Source: an uncultured Aquificales bacterium
GTDB taxonomy: Bacteria; Thermosulfidibacterota; Thermosulfidibacteria; Thermosulfidibacterales; Thermosulfidibacteraceae
Direction: 5' to 3'
DNA length: 14,039 nt
NCBI GenBank assembly: GCA_964411615.1
Contig: CAYPLO010000044.1
Location: forward strand, 1-14,039
The notes under the pieces are model-generated. The model was not told where the DNA came from. It searched no databases and was given only the letters and a program-made list of their open reading frames with translations. The translations under genes were made by a program, and so were the position numbers. Position 1 is the first letter of the stretch. Each line of letters starts with the position of its first letter. This document shows, in pieces, positions 8,785-14,039 of this stretch.

Positions 8785-9087
8785 ATGATACCACTTAGCC
8801 ACATACTCATATACTCCTTTCTCATGTTCGCCATAGGGTTATTTGGTGCCTTGGCCAGGCGGAACGTGTTTATAGTTCTCATGGGTATAGAGCTCATGCT
8901 AAACGCCGTTAACATAGCCTTTGTGGGCTTCTCGTCTCATCTTGGCAATATCGCGGGACAGATAATGCCCATCTTCGTGATAACGGTGGCTGCCGGTGAG
9001 GCCGCTGTTGGACTGGCCATAGTGGTGGCCATATTCAGGAACAGGCTGACGGTTAATATAGACTCCTTCAATCTGCTGAAGTGGTGA
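8785..9087 (+). CDS. nuoK: Complex I-like oxidoreductase subunit K, 100 aa
   Basis: RRN loop. Both conserved glutamates are present ([11 protein letters not shown] and [11 protein letters not shown]). Confidence 0.97.
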   Translation: MIPLSHILIYSFLMFAIGLFGALARRNVFIVLMGIELMLNAVNIAFVGFSSHLGNIAGQIMPIFVITVAAGEAAVGLAIVVAIFRNRLTVNIDSFNLLKW

Positions 9088-9097
9088 GGAGGGTGAG

Positions 9098-11092
9098 ATG
9101 ATAAAGTACGTCTGGCTGGTGCCCCTGTTTCCCCTTGTAGGGTTTACAATCAACGGTCTTTTCGGGGTTAGGTACATAAAGAACAGGGCCCACTGGATAG
9201 CCGTTCCGGCACTTGGACTTGCCTGGCTTACCGCCATACTGGTCTTCATAGATGTCCTTCATGGCCACACGGGGGAGGTGACCCTTTGGGACTGGATAGT
9301 CACCCCGGATGTTCATGTGAGGGTCGCCTTCTGGGTTGACCAGCTGACCGCTGTAATGCTTATGGTTGTCACCACTTTGTCCTTCTTCATACACGTTTAC
9401 TCCATAGGCTACATGGGCCATGACCCCGGCTATCCCAGGTATTTCACCTATCTCAACATGTTCGTCTTCTTCATGCTTATACTGGTCCTTGGCAGCTCCT
9501 ACCTTCTGCTCTTCGTGGGCTGGGAAGGGGTTGGTCTCTGCTCCTACCTGCTGATAGGCTTTTGGTACGAGAGGGAGTCTGCGTGGAAGGCCGGCATGAA
9601 GGCCTTTATCACCAACAGGGTGGGAGATGCCTTTTTCGTGATAGGCATGTTCATTCTCTGGTACTATCTGGGTTCTCTGGACTTCAAGGAGGTCTTTGAA
9701 AAGGCCCATATGCTTTCACCTGAGATTGTGACCATCGCCACCCTGTGTCTATTCATGGGTGCCACAGGTAAGTCCGCTCAGATACCCCTTTACGTCTGGC
9801 TTCCCGATGCCATGGAGGGTCCCACTCCCGTTTCCGCCCTGATACATGCCGCCACCATGGTGACTTCAGGTGTGTACATGGTTGCCAGGTCCAACGTGCT
9901 TTACAATATGGCTCCCTTCTCCCTTGAGGTGGTGGCGGTTATAGGCTGTCTAACCGCCTTCTTCGCCGGAACCATCGGCACCAGCCAGTTTGACCTGAAG
10001 AGGGTTCTGGCCTACTCCACCGTTTCACAGCTGGGCTATATGTTTCTGGGGTGCGGCGTTGGGGCCTATGCGGCGGGTGTCTTTCATCTCATGACCCACG
10101 CCTTCTTCAAGGGGCTGCTCTTCCTCTCGGCGGGTTCCGTTATGCACGCCATGAGCGATGTTCTGGACATGAGGCTCATGGGTAATCTCAAAAAATACAT
10201 GCCCATAACGGCGGCCACCTTCATTGTGGGAGGTCTGGCCCTTTCGGGTATACCGCCCTTTGCCGGCTTCTGGTCCAAGGATGAGATACTCCACCACACC
10301 TTTGAGACGGGCCATTACTTCCTCTGGTTCTTAGGGACCCTTGCGGCGGGTATCACTGCCTACTACACCTTCAGGGCCATATTCATGACCTTCTTCGGCA
10401 AGGAGCGTATCCCTGAGGAGATAAAGCACCACCTGCATGAGTCTCCCAAGGTGATGACAATTCCCCTCATAGTGCTCGCTATAGGCTCTGCAACTGTAGG
10501 TTTCTTTGGCCTTAAGTCCTCAAGCGGTGAGTCCTTCTTCGCCGAGTTCCTGGCTCCCGTTATGCACCACGCCCATGGGACAGAACACGTCGTTGAGCAT
10601 GCGGCTGAGCATGCTGTGCATGTGCCTGCTTCTGTGCTGATAGCCATATCGGTGGCCGTGGGACTTACAGGTATCCTGATTGCCTACCTTGTGCACATGA
10701 AGAGGTTCATAGACCCTGAGAAGCTGGTGAAGAAGACGTGGATGATACACAGGGTTCTGTACCGCAAGTACTATGTGGATGAGCTCTACTTTGCCCTGTT
10801 CATCAACAGAACCCTTGACCTTGCCTTCGTATCCTGGAAGTTTGACCAGTTCATAATAGACGGCATAGTTAATGGTGCCTCTTACCTGACCAGGTTCCTC
10901 GCCTGGGTCACCAGGTACTGTACGGAGCCCTTTGTGGTTGACGGTGCCGTCAATGGGGCTTCCTACGTTGTGGATCTGACAGCCAGGGTTCTCAGGAGGC
11001 TTCAGACCGGGGTGGTCTCCAACTATATGCTCTTTGTGGCTATGGGGCTCTTCGGCCTGTTTAGCATATACGTCTTTGCCAGATTTTTCTAA
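9098..11092 (+). CDS. nuoL: Complex I-like oxidoreductase subunit L with a lengthened lateral helix, 664 aa
   Basis: GWEGVGLCSYLLIGFW, NRVGD, GKSAQIPLYVWLPDAMEGPTPVSALIHAATMV, HAFFKGLLFL, GFWSKDEI and LQTG before the final TM helix. Confidence 0.97.
   Translation: MIKYVWLVPLFPLVGFTINGLFGVRYIKNRAHWIAVPALGLAWLTAILVFIDVLHGHTGEVTLWDWIVTPDVHVRVAFWVDQLTAVMLMVVTTLSFFIHVYSIGYMGHDPGYPRYFTYLNMFVFFMLILVLGSSYLLLFVGWEGVGLCSYLLIGFWYERESAWKAGMKAFITNRVGDAFFVIGMFILWYYLGSLDFKEVFEKAHMLSPEIVTIATLCLFMGATGKSAQIPLYVWLPDAMEGPTPVSALIHAATMVTSGVYMVARSNVLYNMAPFSLEVVAVIGCLTAFFAGTIGTSQFDLKRVLAYSTVSQLGYMFLGCGVGAYAAGVFHLMTHAFFKGLLFLSAGSVMHAMSDVLDMRLMGNLKKYMPITAATFIVGGLALSGIPPFAGFWSKDEILHHTFETGHYFLWFLGTLAAGITAYYTFRAIFMTFFGKERIPEEIKHHLHESPKVMTIPLIVLAIGSATVGFFGLKSSSGESFFAEFLAPVMHHAHGTEHVVEHAAEHAVHVPASVLIAISVAVGLTGILIAYLVHMKRFIDPEKLVKKTWMIHRVLYRKYYVDELYFALFINRTLDLAFVSWKFDQFIIDGIVNGASYLTRFLAWVTRYCTEPFVVDGAVNGASYVVDLTARVLRRLQTGVVSNYMLFVAMGLFGLFSIYVFARFF
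10778..11011 (+). repeat. Degenerate in-frame tandem repeat with an 81-nt (27-aa) period in the nuoL lateral helix
   Basis: Asp codons at 10778 (DELY), 10859 (DGIVNGASY) and 10940 (DGAVNGASY) are each exactly 81 nt apart. Units 2 and 3 begin GACGGCATAGTTAATGGTGCCTCTTAC and GACGGTGCCGTCAATGGGGCTTCCTAC. Confidence 0.85.
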
Positions 11093-11116
11093 AAAATGAG
11101 AGAGGAGGATTGACCC

Positions 11117-12730
11117 ATGGAGCTGCAGTTTGGGAGCAACGTCTTAAACTTCCCGCTGCTGTCGTTCCTCACCTATTTCCCGCTGGCAGGTGCGGTTGTT
11201 CTTCTGTTTGTTAAAAGAGACAAGGTGAACTTTATCAAGTGGTTTGCCTTTGTTGTTGCTCTTATAGACTTTCTGGTCTCCCTTATTATCTGGTTTAAGT
11301 TTGATAGAAGCACCTGGCACTTCCAGTTCGTTGAGAGATTCGTCTGGATAAAGAAGTTGGGGGTTGAGTACTACTTTGGAATAGATGGTATATCTGTCCT
11401 TCTTGTGCTTCTCACCACCTTCTTGAGTGCCATCTCTGTTCTCTGCTCTTTTAACTATATTCAGGAGAGGGAGAAGGAGTATTACATCGCCCTTCTGGCT
11501 CTTGAAACCGGTATGATGGGTGTCTTCTGCGCCCTTGATATGTTCCTCTTCTACGTATTCTGGGAGGTTATGCTTGTTCCCATGTACTTCATCATAGGTA
11601 TATGGGGTGGTCCCAGAAAACTTTATGCTGCCATAAAGTTCTTCCTTTATACTCTCTTCGGTTCGCTCTTCATGCTGGTGGCCATCATCGCCATGTACTT
11701 CATCTACCACGCCAAGACAGGGGAGTGGTCCTTCAACTACGTCAAGTGGCTCACCGTAATTCCCGGTCTTCCTCTCAAGTACCAGTTCTGGCTGTTTTTG
11801 GCCTTCTTCCTGGGCTTTGCCATAAAGGTTCCCCTCTGGCCTTTCCATACGTGGCTTCCCGATGCCCATGTTGAGGCTCCCACTGCTGGTTCCGTCATCC
11901 TTGCTGGAATCCTGTTGAAGATGGGAACTTACGGATTCCTGAGGTTCTCTCTACCCTTCTTCCCCGCCGCAACCAAGTTCTTCATTCCCGTTGTGGCGGC
12001 TCTTTCCATAATAGCCATAATCTATGGGGCCCTCTGTGCCCTTGCCCAGGAGGATATGAAGAAGCTGGTAGCCTACTCTTCCGTTTCTCACATGGGGCTT
12101 GTGATGCTTGCCATGTTTATGCTCAATCCCACAGCCATTGAGGGAAGTATACTCCAGATGATTAACCACGGTCTCTCTACAGGGGCATTGTTCCTGATTG
12201 TGGGAATAATATACGAGAGAAGGCACACCAGGCTCATAAAGGAGTACGGTGGGATATCCAAGGTTATGCCCGCCTTCGCCACCTTCTTCATGTTCGCCAT
12301 GCTCTCCTCCATAGGACTTCCTGGCCTCAATGGCTTCATCGGAGAGTTCACCTGCCTTGCTGGTGTATTCAAAACCAACTGGAAGTACGCCGCCTTTGCC
12401 GTGACAGGAGTTATACTGGGAGCTGCCTACATGCTCTGGCTCTACCAGAGGACCATGTTCGGTACCATCACAAAGGAGGAGAACAAACACCTCAAGGATA
12501 TGACCCTTAGGGAGTGGGTATACATGACACCTCTTGTTCTCTGTTTCATCTGGATAGGTATATACCCCAAGCCCTTCTTCAAGATGATGGAGGCCTCTGT
12601 TCTCCACGTTGTTGAGCAGGTGAACCCTGAATACTTCAAGACCAGGGCGGAGAAGGAGGCAAGCCTCAAGAAGGTGCTTGAGGAGGGCGTGAAGGTGGCC
12701 AAAAGGGATGTCAGGGCCCTTGCGGATTAG
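11117..12730 (+). CDS. nuoM: Complex I-like oxidoreductase subunit M, 537 aa
   Basis: GIDGIS, FWEVMLVPMY, AIKVPLWPFHTWLPDAHVEAPT, LLKMGTYG, AYSSVSHMG and GLPGLNGFIGEF (TM12 Glu as in NuoM). SD GAGGAGG upstream. Confidence 0.96.
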   Translation: MELQFGSNVLNFPLLSFLTYFPLAGAVVLLFVKRDKVNFIKWFAFVVALIDFLVSLIIWFKFDRSTWHFQFVERFVWIKKLGVEYYFGIDGISVLLVLLTTFLSAISVLCSFNYIQEREKEYYIALLALETGMMGVFCALDMFLFYVFWEVMLVPMYFIIGIWGGPRKLYAAIKFFLYTLFGSLFMLVAIIAMYFIYHAKTGEWSFNYVKWLTVIPGLPLKYQFWLFLAFFLGFAIKVPLWPFHTWLPDAHVEAPTAGSVILAGILLKMGTYGFLRFSLPFFPAATKFFIPVVAALSIIAIIYGALCALAQEDMKKLVAYSSVSHMGLVMLAMFMLNPTAIEGSILQMINHGLSTGALFLIVGIIYERRHTRLIKEYGGISKVMPAFATFFMFAMLSSIGLPGLNGFIGEFTCLAGVFKTNWKYAAFAVTGVILGAAYMLWLYQRTMFGTITKEENKHLKDMTLREWVYMTPLVLCFIWIGIYPKPFFKMMEASVLHVVEQVNPEYFKTRAEKEASLKKVLEEGVKVAKRDVRALAD

Positions 12731-12741
12731 GGGGTGATGCC

Positions 12742-14039
12742 ATGAGCGGTACCATAAACGTTCCCATTCCCAATCTATCGGCCATAGTACCAGAGATACT
12801 GGCCACGGTTCTTGCCTGCTTCTTGCTAATCTTTGACCTGTTCGTTCCCAAGGATAGAAAGAGGGTGGTGGGCTTAGTTGCCTTAGTGGGTTGCGTTATC
12901 ATAGGTGCGATAACCTTCGGCTATATAAACAAGCACATCATAACCTTCTCTGGTATGTTCATCCTTGACTCTTTCTCTGTGGTTCTGAAGGAGCTCTTTT
13001 TGCTTACAGATATTGTGGTGATACTCATCTCATTAAGATACTTAGAGCTTGAGGGTGTTAGCCTTGGCGAGTACTATTCGCTGCTCGTCTTCGCCACGGT
13101 GGGCATGATGATAATGGCCTCTGCAAACGATTTGATTATGGTGTACCTGGGCCTGGAGACCCTTGCCCTTTCCGTCTATGTTCTGGCGGGCTTCATGAGG
13201 ATGACGGATAAGAGTGCAGAGGCAGCCCTAAAGTACTTCCTCATGGGGGTCTTCATATCCGGCATATTCCTCTACGGGATAGCTCTCACCTACGGAGTTG
13301 TGGGCTCCACCAATCTCAGGGATGTGGCAGAGTACATAAGCATGCACGGCTTTAAGAACCCCGTGCTTGGGCTTGCTGTTATCCTGATAGCCGCTGGACT
13401 TGGTCTTGAGATAGCCATGGCTCCCTTCCACTTCTGGGCCCCTGATGTTTACGAGGGGGCTCCCACATCCGTTACCGCTTTCATCTCCGTTGCGCCGAAG
13501 GTTGCTGCTATAGCCGCCCTCTTCAGGATTTACGTTGAGGCCTTCAGCCTCATGGCACCCTACTGGCAGGAGATACTCTGGCTTGTGGCGGCTCTCACCA
13601 TGACCATAGGCAACGTTACTGCCGTTCTTCAGAACAATGTGAAGAGGCTGCTTGCATACTCCTCAATAGCCCATGCAGGCTATATGCTACTGGGGATTCT
13701 TGCCTACAACAAGGTTGGACTTACGGCCCTGGCCTTCTACTTCTTCGCCTACTGCTTCATGAACATAGGGGCCTTTGGCATAGTCATATACCTAAGGAGG
13801 AACCATATACCGGGCGATAACATAGAGGACTTCAGGGGACTTGCCCAGATACACCCCATGCTTGCCCTTGTGATGGTGATATTTCTCCTTTCCCTTACAG
13901 GCATTCCCCCCACAGTGGGCTTTGTGGGTAAGTTTCTTCTGTTCTCCGCAGCCGTTAAGGCCGGTTACTACTGGCTTGTGGCCATAGCTGTGCTCAACTC
14001 TGTCATATCCCTTTACTACTACTTCAAGATAGCGAAGGT
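12742..14039 (+). CDS. nuoN: Complex I-like oxidoreductase subunit N, 3'-truncated by the window (432 complete codons visible); not in the ORF track
   Basis: The frame is open from ATG 12742 to the window end. Hand translation gives MSGTINVPIPNLSAIVPE..., LGLETLALSVYVLAG, EAALKYFLMG, PFHFWAPDVYEGAPT, KRLLAYSSIAHAGY, GIPPTVGFVGKF (TM12 Lys as in NuoN) and NSVISLYYY. Confidence 0.95.
   Translation, partial: MSGTINVPIPNLSAIVPEILATVLACFLLIFDLFVPKDRKRVVGLVALVGCVIIGAITFGYINKHIITFSGMFILDSFSVVLKELFLLTDIVVILISLRYLELEGVSLGEYYSLLVFATVGMMIMASANDLIMVYLGLETLALSVYVLAGFMRMTDKSAEAALKYFLMGVFISGIFLYGIALTYGVVGSTNLRDVAEYISMHGFKNPVLGLAVILIAAGLGLEIAMAPFHFWAPDVYEGAPTSVTAFISVAPKVAAIAALFRIYVEAFSLMAPYWQEILWLVAALTMTIGNVTAVLQNNVKRLLAYSSIAHAGYMLLGILAYNKVGLTALAFYFFAYCFMNIGAFGIVIYLRRNHIPGDNIEDFRGLAQIHPMLALVMVIFLLSLTGIPPTVGFVGKFLLFSAAVKAGYYWLVAIAVLNSVISLYYYFKIAK

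Noticed and set aside
3041..13431. Many antisense and alternate-frame ORFs (for example 3041-3766, 5013-5612, 9068-9709, 11144-11869, 11951-12607, 13228-13431)
   Set aside because: They lie opposite or within highly conserved genes and show no recognisable motifs. They are best explained as shadows of biased codon usage.
12731..14039. Apparent ORF-free region or pseudogene at the right end of the ORF track
   Set aside because: It is an artefact of the window edge. The frame from 12742 is open to the end and encodes NuoN.

Overview
Core-metabolism region of a bacterium whose codon usage (Arg mostly AGG/AGA, Ile often ATA, Glu/Lys-rich soluble proteins) looks thermophile-like. In order: the 3' part of tRNA-Arg(UCU), an AEC-family transporter (+), an iron-sulfur flavoprotein with a C-terminal CxxC/CxxC domain (-), an AI-2E/PerM-family transporter (+), argG (+), and a complex I-like operon nuoA-B-C-D-H-I-J-K-L-M-N that runs off the right edge. 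nuoN (12742 onward) is missing from the ORF track and was translated by hand. No mobile elements, CRISPR arrays or pseudogenes are evident. The complex I operon has three unusual features. (1) It has no nuoEFG and NuoD is the short-loop form, so it is an 11-subunit complex unless the N-module is encoded elsewhere. (2) The NuoL lateral helix carries an extra 27-residue (81-nt) repeat unit, the signature of complexes with a fourth antiporter-like subunit, yet only one nuoM lies between nuoL and nuoN. (3) NuoN has Glu in place of the conserved TM7 Lys and an Asp in the middle of predicted TM3. Together these suggest a non-canonical, possibly lengthened membrane arm. This is inference and depends on what lies beyond the window edge.
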